This document shows, one piece after another, positions 28,341 to 41,800 of a stretch of DNA of 64,000 nucleotides. Each line of letters starts with the position of its first letter. The first letter of the stretch is position 1. A program made the translations under genes and the position numbers. This DNA is from Bugula neritina (lineage: Eukaryota; Animalia; Bryozoa). The DNA lies in contig OZ037765.1 in NCBI GenBank assembly GCA_964035545.1, forward strand, positions 33,231,504-33,295,503. Direction: 5' to 3'. The notes beneath the pieces were generated by a model that saw only the letters and a list, made by a program, of their open reading frames with translations, ran no database searches and was not told the origin of the DNA.

Positions 28341-29000
28341 TTACTCTTACCATTGCAGGGGTCTGGATATCCCACACGTGGATGTAGTTATCAACTTTGA
28401 CATACCCACCCACTCTAAAGACTACATTCACAGAGTTGGCCGGACGGCTCGTGCTGGAAGGGCAGGAAAATCCATCACCTTCGTCACTCAGTGAGTCATT
28501 TATTCATGTGTGTCTCGGCTGCTTAGTGTAATATTTGTTGTGTGTACCCTCTACCACCCCTACCATACTCGTAGGTACGACGTGGAGCTGTTCCAGAGGA
28601 TAGAGCACTTGATTGGCAAGAAACTGCCACAGTTTAAGACGGAGGAAGAGGAAGTGATGCAATTACAGGAGAGAGTGGCTGAAGCACAGCGTCTGGCAGC
28701 TATGGTAAGAGCCCATCATATACAGGAGTATAGCTAACCCTTAGTAAATACAGGAGTGTAACTAACCCCCTATTTTATACAGTAGTGTAACTAACCCCCT
28801 ATTATATACAGGAGTGTAAGTAACCCCTATTATATACAGGAGTGTAGCTAACCCCCTATTTTATGCAGGAGTGTAAAGAAGAAGCACAGGCTAAGAAAAA
28901 GTCTAAACGAGGTGCTGCCTCAGACAGCGACACAGAAGAGGCTGCTCAGGGCTCTGTCAGGAAACGTATTAAGAAAGGCAGAAAGGGCAAAGGTCATTGA
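21339..29000 (+). CDS. DDX47: DEAD-box RNA helicase DDX47/Rrp3, 11 exons
   Basis: Exons approx. 21339-21413, 24051-24144, 24566-24754, 25406-25477, 25947-26016, 26205-26441, 26765-26911, 27270-27346, 28340-28490, 28575-28704, 28869-29000. Motifs [48 protein letters not shown], and a basic C-terminal tail. Confidence 0.96.
22680..23903 (-). CDS. Single-pass membrane protein with Cys-rich sushi/CCP-like ectodomain, nested antisense in DDX47 intron 1
   Basis: About 407 aa uninterrupted ORF from the first ATG. Signal-peptide-like N-terminus, two C-x-C...G-x-x-C...C...W...C modules, a hydrophobic TM segment ([27 protein letters not shown]), and a low-complexity cytoplasmic tail. Confidence 0.8.
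   Translation of the reverse strand: MKLEGESMRFIIQVYSFLLHSVNTLEAKYIVNFHQNRVADHDKRTFYEDVCLQPVISSDELQIEWKCSDKPIGKLGYPRGTTCNSKCRYGTSALSGTSSRIECVDRRPQYGNIAREWNPKPLFCKSVTCETKFIREKIKSARATWEPEACVLQQKVRVGTECKLRCTSPLFSDLTATCKGDGYWAGSTPTWALCAPASKEDKKIKIAANGVKQTNHDHIVGHTLAEGYPMHTEDTIQDTVSDNTIRNRVDTILKRLNNLTSSSSAIIIILVLSSMSAILLALVILACICCCRTNNKMKYALIDNRGQQLLPVTHLNSNNNSKYQRKTRTTPGTACNNQSTAYHEYPDHHCRLYPCDSKGSNKTYKHKKVKGKHYQKLDTTESSDSSTHQSGQNDSTKRVTGVKLLWR
24157..24375. repeat. 44 bp tandem repeat x5 just after the DDX47 exon 2 donor
   Basis: ATAGTGAA recurs at 24161, 24205, 24249, 24293 and 24337. Confidence 0.9.
24755..24917. repeat. Approx. 30 bp tandem repeat x5 starting at the DDX47 exon 3 donor, each copy containing AGCCAAT
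   Basis: ATCAGT(C/T)AGCCAAT(A/C)GTATCGCATGTGT units. Confidence 0.9.
26485..26755. repeat. TATAC-based compound repeat filling DDX47 intron 6
   Basis: TATACTATACTGTA-type units with a longer duplicated block. Explains ORFs 26453-26714. Confidence 0.85.
27397..28319. repeat. (CTA)n microsatellite, approx. 920 bp, filling DDX47 intron 8
   Basis: Near-pure CTA with GTA/CCA interruptions. Source of the poly-V/S/T/L ORFs. Confidence 0.99.
28716..28876 (+). repeat. Approx. 30 bp tandem copies of the final DDX47 3' splice junction
   Basis: TACAG-GAGTGTA(A/G)CTAACCCC-type unit x5, then the real TGCAG/GAGTGTAAAG at 28868/28869. Confidence 0.92.
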
Positions 29001-30653
29001 GTAGATGTGAACCAGCAGTGCATAGCATCTATATAGACTGTATGGTGGTGTATATACATTTTATTATGTAATTGTGTATATTATATCTTTACTCATGTCC
29101 ATCTGATGATCTAGTTTAATATGTTGCAAGGATCAGTAAATTATTTTTCTGTATTTTTAGATTATAACTACAATAATAAATAATATTATTACGTATTATA
29201 ACCTCCATTTGTTAATTCAGCATCTTATCAATGTTAACGATATCAGCAGTATACTACCATCTGTTTTTGTATTAGTGAAAGGTAGTAATTATATGTGGTG
29301 TGAGAAGATATAAAAATGGATTCGCTGATCCATTCAGAGTAAAATTTGTCAATTTATAATAAAACAAGCTGAATGTAGTTATACAAGTCAGAAGAGTCGT
29401 TTTATAGTAAAGTCTTGTTGCTCACTTCCAAGTTGATTAAGAGACATTTATATATAGAAAGGTGATGCTGTAAAAATCTACAAGAGAGCCCCTGTTCACC
29501 TTATATAATATCTAAAGCAATGAAATCCTCCCGTAACTCATCTGCACTCTTTTAAACACAGCATTAAAATGGCGACGTACATCTAGTTGAGAATCTTCTC
29601 CCTTTAAAGGCAGCTCAGGGAGGTACTGTTCAAAACCTCTTGCATGTTCCGAGAGATGCTCAGAAATGTCTTGAAAGAGAATCTTGAATTCGTTTTCCTA
29701 ATAATCCATCAGCATGGGAATGACACCATATTTTTGATCTGGATGTGTGTCTGCCACAACATCCTTTAGCTTTGAAAGCATTGATGCTGCTATGAAAAGC
29801 AATGATGTGATGATTGCACTCATGTATTCTTTAGGTTCCAGCTGTTAAGTGCAGCAAATATATTCACTAGGTATGCAGTATACAGCTCATAGACTACAGA
29901 GTATAGAGATTAGCTGCTAAAATTTCAGGTTGATTCTAACTTTCAAGAAGCTCCATTTGCAGTTCATAGAGTTACCACGTTTCCACACACTTGAGTGTGA
30001 AACAGCAAAGTAGTGAATGTATATTTACGGCATACACTCGATTATAATTAAGAAAGATTAGCTATACAAGTGCATCAAGTTGCCAAGTTGCATGGACGAG
30101 AAATGGAGGCTTTTTGATTTTAGCAAAGTTTCCTTTCTCTTAAATATCTGTTGCATCATGTAATGAAACTTGGAAAACCAGGGGGAGCTCACGAACTGCG
30201 TGTGATTTTTAGAAATGAAATTCTGTGCCTAGAACCCCCCTCTCGTGCCCCAGGTTGGAAATCACTGATCTAACACATTGGACTGGAAAAGATATTTTGG
30301 GCTCAGTGATCTAACACAAGTATGCACATTTTATACTCAGAGTTGTCTATTCCTTGACTTAGAATCGTAATAAATTGGATTTTAGTTGAAAGTAGGACTT
30401 TCCCTAGTATAGCCTAGACTCTGAAGTTATTGAATCGTAGTATGGTTTACCCCATTGAACTATAATCCCCTGGAATGGCCAATGTAAATTTTAAACGTCC
30501 AAATATTTCAGCCATATTGAAGAATTCTTATTTTTGGACACTGCCTACTTTCTAATGTAAAAGTAATGGAAATTACTATACTTTGCAGTATTTATAAAAC
30601 CTTTGGCATCACACCACACAAGTGAATAATTCCAAAATCTACTCTATTTTTAT

Positions 30654-30910
30654 CTGCTGGTAATAAGGGTTGGCTATAGCATAAAGAAATAAGGCTGGTA
30701 GTTATAAAAATATTCTTTTTTGAAACAACAAAAGCAAGTTGATATCAAGTAAAAACCTAGTATATGATATAACATCTACTTAAATTTAGCTGCTGGTAAT
30801 AATTGTTGGCTATAGAATGGAGAAATGAGGCTAGTTGTTATAAAAATATTTTACTTTAAAACAACAAAAGCAAGTAGATATCAATTAAAAACCTGATATA
30901 TAATATAAGT
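30654..30910. repeat. Approx. 136 bp direct tandem duplication inside the P element
   Basis: CTGCTGGTAATAA...AAACAACAAAAGCAAGT occurs twice (30654, 30790). Confidence 0.85.
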
Positions 30911-31040
30911 AATATAAATAAAAACTAGAAATAAAAAGTCTATTGACTCTTAAAAAGAACATTTTCATTATTTCTCTGTTGACAGCTCACTTTATGTAAA
31001 ACAAGTTTTTTATTTTAGACAAATTGTGTTAAAAAAAATC

Positions 31041-32414
31041 TTAATATATTTCAACAATGAGGTTGAGTAACGTAGAGTGGTGGTTCTCAATGTCAGTAGA
31101 AGTTTCCATAGCATGCTTTTCAATGCCAAAAATATCGTATCCACCAATCTCCCCCTTCACTGTAAGAATGATCCTAAAATACCATTCTAATAATTTCAAG
31201 TTATCAAGCCAGTAAAACAATTCAAAAGCTTTTAATCTTTTTAGAAAACACAGGTGTACTCCAAAAACATTCAACTTGCTATGCTGTATGCTGCACAAAA
31301 TGAAAATACTAATTCTCTCTTAAAAATGCCTTGACAATTATTTAAACCTAATTAATTATGGCTGTTAAAACTGTGTGAACTGGTAGATCTTCATTGCTGG
31401 AATTTTTACTCACATTCGTATTCTGTGGTGTAACTGGTTTCTAAAAAGAATTTTAAAAGTAACTTGCATAACAAATATAATTTTTGGACAACTTTGAAAG
31501 AATGCTAATTTTACACTATAGTTTAGAACTTAATAAAAGTCTAGATAGAATAGAAACCAACTCTGCTAATGAGACAGCTCCTTCATGCAACCTTCCAGTT
31601 TGGCCAGTGGTGTCAATATGCTGAGGATAAAAATGTTCACTGCACAGTTTTGCAGTTTCTGATAGTTCTTCTTAGCCCCTGGACACTTGCCACCATTCCT
31701 TACACATGCTGAAATCCTTTATTTTCATTTTGTTAGAGAATCTAAAATAGAAATATATGAATACTTAAAGCTAAAGCTAAGTGAATTTAGTATACAAACT
31801 ATTAATTTTTGCTGCATATTATAATGTTTTTATAAAAAAGCTTTTGCTAAATCCTAATACTAGCCAACTTCTAGTACAATTTTGTGTAAGATCTACTTTG
31901 CCTTGGATCATTTATTTGTCAACAAAACTTAAGCCTTTGGCTATATTTTATTATATACTTATATAGCGTTAGTGTTACAATTAGACTCTAATTCAAGTTG
32001 TAGTTCAGTTTTATAGCTAAATCATCAAATTGAAATGACTAAAAGTATATGGGTAATGGCTATAAAAAGTTAGTCAATTTGAATTACAATAAATTAAGAT
32101 TTAGATCATCATTATGACTCAAACTAAAAGTATAGTCATTGCCATATATTTATAAATCATCTTTACCATAATAATTGATACGGATACAATTACTAATAAC
32201 TATTAGTATTAGTGTAAGTATTACTATTGGTGATAATATTAGTAGAAGTATTAGTATTACTCAAACTAACCTCAACCTGTGAAATGAAGTGTTTCTCTCT
32301 TTGCTATCAACGCGATGAATTTGAGTAATTGAAGCAATTATAAGCAAAGCACTGTAATCCTGATGCTCTTTGGCTTTTTGAAACTGCGTGATAAGTGTGT
32401 TCAGAAGTATCCAT
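31041..32414 (-). pseudogene. THAP/P-transposase pseudogene fragments
   Basis: THAP C2CH residues are split by a phase-2 intron after FHR, with in-frame TAA/TGA. 31041-31200 (DIFGIEKHAMETSTDIENHHSTLLNLIVEIY) resembles the C-terminal H...NH...Y region of THAP9/P transposases (judged by eye). Confidence 0.75.
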
Positions 32415-32679
32415 TGTTAGTAATGCTTACTATTAGTGACAAACCACGACATTTGAAAATTTAACAATGGCGGCAAACTGGCTAAAATTAAAATACTTCT
32501 CGAAAAGAGGCTCCAGTTGACGTGAAAAAATGAACTGGTCACGTGATAAACTGCCCGAAAATCTTACTTCAAAGTGAAACTAACAATCCACCAATATGGC
32601 TGCTCTTTGGACGCGGGGTTACATTATAAAGCTACCGGATGTCCTTTCCAGGGTTATAGTTTCAGTTCAGTGGTTTACC

Positions 32680-34422
<1,743 letters not shown>

Positions 34423-34697
34423 GGTTTACCCACTGAGCTGGAATAGATATTAATATTATTGAGTTTATTTGGTTTACTCAGAACCCTAGTTTTTGCCCCC
34501 GGAAAAACAACTTGGGCCATGGTCCACAGCTACAGTAAAATTAGGTTTGTATTGCCATTAAGATTTCATTGTAGGTTTTTTTTGATTTTTGCAATGAAAT
34601 TAAATTAACTGGTGATGCAGATAGTAAATGACCATGCTTATTCAGAGAGACCTTGGCAGTCTACTGTTACCCCACAACTTTTAACTTTTTTAAGAAT

Positions 34698-35212
34698 GAG
34701 TACTAATAGTAGTAGTACTACTACTAGTACTACTACTACTACTAGTACTACTACTACTAGTACTAGTAGTAGTAGTAGTAGTAGTAGTAGTAATACTAAT
34801 ACTAATAGTATTACTAATACTAATAGTAATAGTAATACAGTATTACTAATAGTAATACTAATACTAATAGTAATACTAATACCAATAATAATACTGTTAG
34901 TATTAGTATTACTATTAGTATTACTCTTAGTATTAGTATTACTATTAGTATTACTATTAGTACTACTACTACTACTACTCGTCTACTGCTGCTGCTACTA
35001 CTACTAGTACTACTAGTAGTAGTACTGTAGTGCTACTGCTGCTGCTGCTAATACTTATACTGCTACTAGTACTTAGTACTACTAGTAGTAGTAGTACTAA
35101 GTACTAGTAGTAGTATGTGGTGACTACTAGTAGTAGTAGTACTAAGTACTAGTAGTAGTATGTGGTGACTTAGTACTACTACTAGTAGTAGTTGTAGTAG
35201 TACTAAGTCACC
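34698..35212. repeat. AGT/ACT/AAT trinucleotide low-complexity tract
   Basis: TAGTAG/TACTAC/TAATAC runs. Explains ORF 34612-35007. Confidence 0.9.
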
Positions 35213-35886
35213 ACAATCATACCGATATGTTCAGTTTAAACTGCATGTTTTTTCATTGAAGTGCTCTTGGAGTTGAATACTGAAATAACTAAGCTAAATT
35301 CAAATTGTTAGGTGACATTTTCATTATGATTATTTATCGATGCTATAAATATATTTTTATGACTGAACATGAATGACATGTTGTCATCATATTGATTTTC
35401 TTTCATATCAGTATCTGTATTGCCACTCACCACGTCCACTGTGTTTGCTATCTTCCTTTGACTTTCATATTGAATTTATCTCTTTATTGTATTTTAATGT
35501 GATATATAATAATATCAATTTGAAAATAATATGTTAGATTTCTAAAAGTAAAGCTCAGGGCCAGATTTTGCCAAATTGAAACTTCTCTACTACTCATTTA
35601 CTACATGTAAATGTGTAGTACACCTACGCTACCTCATTGATAGATTTTAGATGACATCGATGTATATGTGTGCTTGTGTATTCAAAATATTATGCTGGTT
35701 CAAATCTCTTTAATAAGTCATTTTAGGTTTTTTTTAAAGAATAAAACTTTTGATCAGGAATTTCCAGTTTGCACTAAATGAAATGACTTCAGATACTGAT
35801 TTATTCATACAATCTTATAGATGTCTTTCCCAGAGTTCCTTGTATAGAGACTGTCTGAGGAAGTTAGTTTCCATTTGGGCTCAAGT

Positions 35887-38800
35887 ATGGCTTCTTCTGG
35901 TAAGGTCTTTTGCTCTACTATAAGTTCTTGTAAAGATGAAACACTTTTAAGATAAATGACCAAATTAGTTGTTTATATCTCTACAATTTCTATATGTATC
36001 TGTCTAATTTATTTGGGAACTTTCTTAAACCACCAGCTGAATATTATTTTCATTTTTCTTTTCTAGCCCGTTTTATCAACTTTTATAGGTGCCATTTAGT
36101 ACCAGCTGTAGTGCCTAAAGTTAAATCATCTTTTACTGCTCTTGCTGATAGTATATTGATGTGAAATTTAAATTTAAACAATAACCCTAATAGGTACTAT
36201 AATATATTATAGTATTTGTATGTTTTACTATAATACTCGTACTATAAATATAATTGTCTAATATGGCACACTTTTCTTTTTGGCTTCATTTTTACTACTC
36301 TTTTGTTTTTCGGAACTTTTCTGATTCCTTTCTAGAATGTGAAATGGTGTTTGTTCTGAAACTTGTTGGATTTCTCCTGGTAAACTTATGCATATTATAT
36401 GTACTGTCATAGAACTAAGCTGTATTGCTGACATATATGTATATAGCTGTATCTAGTTAGGGTCTCTTGTAAATGAATCATCGCTTAAATTTAGACGAGG
36501 AATTTATTGGCCATGGATCCTTTGGAAAAGTATACAAAAAATATGACTCTGAAAGTCAACAGGTAGTGGCTGTTAAAAAGATCAAGCTTGGTCAAGTGGA
36601 CAGTCCTGATTATGAAAAGGTGGGTTGGTTTACTCTTAGATGCAAGCTAAAAATAAGCTTCACTGGTGTAGAAGGTATGCATAGCTACTTTGGTACTTAT
36701 ACTATGGCACTATTTCCTTTTTTATTATGCACTTCTGTTTTTTTACAAGTTTTATTTATGTATTTGTCATATATTGCTGTTAAATTCCATGCCTAATAGT
36801 TATAGTAATATTTCTTTCAGCTTCAATAAAGCTAGAAAAGGGTGCTTGGGGGGGGGGGGAGTGAAATCAATGGAAACTCTATACGTCGAAGGTATAAATG
36901 CACCATTAAAGTTATAATACTATTTCTTTCAGAATATTGAAAAAGCAATGAAAGAAGTGGAGGCAATGGAGAATTTAGACAAACATGAGAGAATAGTTCA
37001 ATATATCAGACATGATGTGATATCTGATCACAGTATGTGTTTTCTACTCTGCTATTAAACATCAGGATTTTGAAAAGGAAAACCTCACCTTACCTTAAAT
37101 CTTCAGCATAAACTTATTGCAATTATATTTAATTACTTTTACTAGACTTGACATTACAAATGTTTATGTGGGCCGAATTTGTTTAACTTATAAGGTGAAG
37201 GATTCCGTCTGCTTTTGAACCCTAAAAGCTACACGAGTATACCAGCTAATCTGCAGGGGCTCAAACCCATTCATACCATGTTATCCCACATGATGTTACA
37301 AGTGGGTTTACTAAAACCTATAGTCAAAAAATGTTGTTATCGTTCTGGAGTCAGTGATGTATTGGTTATCTGTATAAACAGCAAACTGTATTTGTAAGTA
37401 ACCATGCGGATTAGAAGTAATTACACTGACACACAGGTCTGTGATGGAAACAGTCACTAAGCACAGTATGCCTATAGAATATTGTTATTAATAACTAAAA
37501 TGTTGGCTTATCAAATTTATAAGTCAAGGTTTCAACACCTAAAAGCTTTGTTTTAATTTTCCAAATTCATTTAAACCCATCATATTATAGAGCAAAAAAA
37601 GGTGCTTCACATCTTCATGGAGTACATACCTGGGGGGACAATAAGCAGCCGTCTAAAGTCTACTGGTGCCTTCACTGAAGAGGAAACTAAAAGATGTATG
37701 CGTCAGATACTGGAGGGTCTCCTATTCCTTCACAATCGAAGGAAGATACACAGAGATGTGAAAGGTACAATGGATTATGGATATCATAAAAGTTATTTTG
37801 AAATAACCTGTAACTGTCTGCACGAGTTTTTTCACCGGTTTCCCATTTATCAATCAGATCAGCCCAATTGACTTGAGATCGTTATATATGGGAAACTGGT
37901 GTTTATTTTTTGTTTCTTGCAAGTTGAAATTTTATAATGGCAAAAAAGTTTCAAAACATCATTCAGCAGCTGCAGCCTTGTTTTAAGTGAAAATTGGTTT
38001 GTTTTTAAAAGTTTGGCTTTTTCATGTTCAAGCGGCCAGGTATTTTTTGCAGATTCGAGATTAAGATTTGACCCCAACAAATTAGCCATTTACATTTCTG
38101 GTTCATGGACTCTATATTGCTGAAATCTAGTAGAATAGCCATATAAACTTTAAGGAACAGCTTTTTCATGATTTCTTTGTTACAGGTTCAAACATTTTGT
38201 TTGATGAAAATGACAACATAAAGCTGTGTGATTTTGGTTTATGTAAATGTCTGAGTGAACTTTCTTCATACAACAGTACAACTACTTTTGTTGGGACTCT
38301 CCACTGGATGGCACCTGAGATTGCGGCTGGTGAAATGTATGGCAGAAAGGTTGATATCTGGTATGTAGCTATTATATAAATGCGTCTGGAACTGTATTGA
38401 AGACATACCTATAAAAAGTACCAAACTTTCAGAGGTGTCACTAGAAGCCGAGAAATATTATATCCACAACCCACAACTTAACCTAACCGCAATATGATGA
38501 CTGCCCCATTTTAGTTTTGTTATCATGGATTTTGAGCCAACTTGAATTGGTTGAACACAAAAATAATATTATTATTGTAGATCATCTGTTTCTAACTCAA
38601 TTTTATTTTTTATGTTTTTAGATTTCTAAAATTCAGCCATCATGACTTTAGTATTGCAGAAACAGAAAATAAGTATATATATAAGTGCTATTAGCTCCAG
38701 GTGGTGTTGTGACCAAAGAGTTTAGAAAATAGTGTCAATAAATATACAACGTCTTTAATCTGCAATTTAAAAGTCTCCGATATTTTAATTTTTTGATTAC

Positions 38801-41800
38801 AGGAGTGCTGGAGCAACTATGGTGGAAATGCTTACAACAAAACCTTTATGGCCAACTTTAGAAACCTTTCCAACAATGTTTCAGTTTTCAAAGAAAGCTA
38901 GTCCTCAATATGACCTTGACCCATCTGTTAGCGAAGGTGCCAAACAATTATTAGTTGATGTCCTGGTCTATGATCAGTATCAAAGGCCATCTGCAGAAGA
39001 GCTGCTCAACCACCCCTGGTTTGGGACAGCCGGCTCTGGTATGATGTTTTTGGAATTTTAGGTGTTGACTATTTTTTAAATATTTCTTCGAACAGTAATT
39101 AAACATTTACTTTCACTAGTTTTTGACCTATAAAATAGTTTTGAGCAATTTAACTTCCAATATTGAATTTGTCATGTATACATGTAGCCTATGTACTGTA
39201 TTACTATTATATTACAAATGAAATATTAAGTTTCATAATAACAAAAGATGTGAAGTTATACTACTGCAGAGTCTAGGTCTAAAATTATGTATAGTATGGA
39301 AACACCCTCAGTGTAACCATATTGATACAAATTACAATAGATTTTTTCCTTCTAACCAAACTAACAGACAAAGCTAAAAATTAATAGGTAGGTGCATTAA
39401 TTTAAAAATTGGGAAAACCTTTGGCCTAGATAAAAATGTAGCACAAGTTATGTTCTCTCGAGAATTTCTCCCTGTGTCTCCAAACTAAAATTCACGTTAA
39501 GTTAAGTAACTAATGCTATTGAGATTTCTCCTTTACTGATCAAGATTAAAACTTTTTAGACAACAATGATGCATATAACAAGGTCTAATTTAGTTCTACT
39601 GCATTTTGCTACTCAACGAGACTTCACTATTTTTGCTTCCTTTATCTCAACATTTTATGCATTGCAGTTGCTGGTAGTAGCCAATCAGATCTCAGTGATT
39701 TCTCTGATGATGAGGAGAATCTGCTCCCTGATGGAAAGGAAGTTAAAGATATGGAGTTTATAGGACTCAAACTGAATCCCACCAGTAACATAAAGATAAG
39801 GCAGCTGTTCTCAAACACTGACAAGGTGATCACTTCTTATGGCTATGTCCTTTATCTTTGCCAGTTGTTTAGTTCAGCAGTAACAAATATTTCTCTGTTA
39901 CATCCAGGTGTTTACTATGACTAGAAAAAGAGGAAGAGCTCTGATAATAAACAACATGAACTTTGATAGGAGACCAGATTTGTGTAGGAAAGGTTCAGAT
40001 ATGGATGTTGAGAATATGTCTGCCATGTTGAAATCTCTCAAGTTTGATGTTGTGACTCACACAGACCTGAAGGCTGAGGTAACTTCTCTTTGCTATTATC
40101 TGTAACATGCTCCACTTTTGCTATTATATTAGTGCATGAGCACTCTTGTGTGTTAATGTATACTCTTTGTGCATATATAAACATGCAGTTTAAGAACAAA
40201 GATTGAAGACAAAAAAATATAAAGAAAGTGTAACATAGTGATCTAAGGATGTTTTGCTATTTAAGATATTTACAGTTAAATTTTGCTTGTTTGTTTATAC
40301 TTGTTCTTGATTTAGCTAGTCATCATAACAGTGTGGCACAGCTGTATGTTTGGTTTTGTTGGTAATTTATTAGAGCTGCAAGTCTCATATATTAGAGCCG
40401 TAAGTCTCAACTGATGCCTTAAATGGCAACGAGAAAACTATAATGAATCAAACAATATTATGTTGGTAAAGGTATGCAAAAATGTATAACAATTTATTCA
40501 AATTTATTTAAAACAATATTTTATATTACATTACAGTGCAAAAGATATTACTAAGAATAACTCAATATTTTTGTATTACCTGATTGGCTCTACATAGTGG
40601 CTGCACTAGTCATGGTTCTAGCACTTGACCTACGATGCATGGTTAGGGCAAGTCTAGAACAAAGCATGATGTGCAGCTTACAAGTATTTATAGCTAGCTA
40701 GCTAAGTTGATTTATTTACCATACAAGATGTGTTTGCTGACATAGCAAGTTTATAACAGGTCACTGATTCGATGGTTAACAAATAAGGTAAAAAAGGTTG
40801 ATGACAATAAGGTCAACTTGTTAACTATAGGTATTTTATGGATCCAATTTCATTTCTCTATTACTATTTATATACACAAACAGGATGTGCTACAAAAGGG
40901 CCATGATGGCTGTTACAGTCAGCATTACAAAAGGAGAATTGAAGTGTGTAGTTTGGGTTAATTTTTGCTGCACTTTTTCTGCAATGAAACTTGTAGGAGA
41001 TTCTGTTTGCTGTAAAATCTGAGGTCAAAAAAGAGGAACACGAAGATCTGGGATGTCATGTGTTGGTTATCATGACTCATGGAGGGCTGAACAACTACAT
41101 CTATGGTACAGACCTGAAACGAGTCAAACTAACAGATGTGTATGACCTTTTGACCCCTTTGAACTTCACAGGAATGGCTGGCAAACCAAAGGTTGTTATA
41201 CTGGAAACATGTAGTGGAGGTAATTTTTATTCACAATAGAACTGTTCACACTTGGCACAAAATTAGAAGAAGTTGCTTTAATAAAGTTCGAAATTTTATT
41301 AATTTTACTTTTTCAAGTCCTAAAAACTACATTACATGCAATGCGTTATATAATAATGTTTTACTGCAACTTACGTACACAATTCCAATAGATAGTAATC
41401 ATTAGTGAAACGTTAGCAGGCATATAACATGTTGTTAAGTAGTAAAAAAGTAAATAGAAGATGACAATACCTCCATTTTGTTGAGGTAACAATCAACAAT
41501 GCCTGTGCAATTGAATTACTAGTAAACAGATAATTTGGTGTTGTCCCACTTATGCAAGCGTTTTCATTTGAAGCTGCTGTTTGTTGTAACTGTACTTGTA
41601 ATCTCAACTTCCTGAAACGTAATACATTCAATTCTGCTGAAATAAACTATTCCTATGTTTTTCAAACGCAATCTACAAACTACTCAACATAATAATTATT
41701 CTTCTGACGTGCTTGCTGTTTCTCACATTGATTTGCTACTTAAAACTTTTGATTTGACAACTTTGTCACTTCATTTGATATATCAAGCGCAGTAACACAG

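Larger units (their letters stand above)
30453..32672 (-). mobile_element. Internally deleted, decayed P-superfamily DNA transposon with THAP-domain transposase remnants
   Basis: CA...TG termini (CATTGAACTATAA / TTATAGTTTCAGTTCAGTG), subterminal inverted homology (30453-30520 vs 32592-32672) and an 8 bp TSD GTTTACCC (30445-30452, 32673-32680). Minus-strand THAP remnants: CFAYNCFN...SFHR (32414-32277), spliced to FS...W...AKLCSEHFYPQHIDTTGQTGRLHEGAV (31741-31562), with stops and a frameshift. Confidence 0.85.

Noticed and set aside
27401-28431. Poly-Val/Ser/Thr/Leu ORFs
   Set aside because: Translations of the (CTA)n microsatellite lying within a GT-AG DDX47 intron between the ATDVAS and RGLDIP exons.
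30170-30270. hAT-like terminus (CAGGTTGGAAATCACTG)
   Set aside because: Only one plausible end seen and no TSD.
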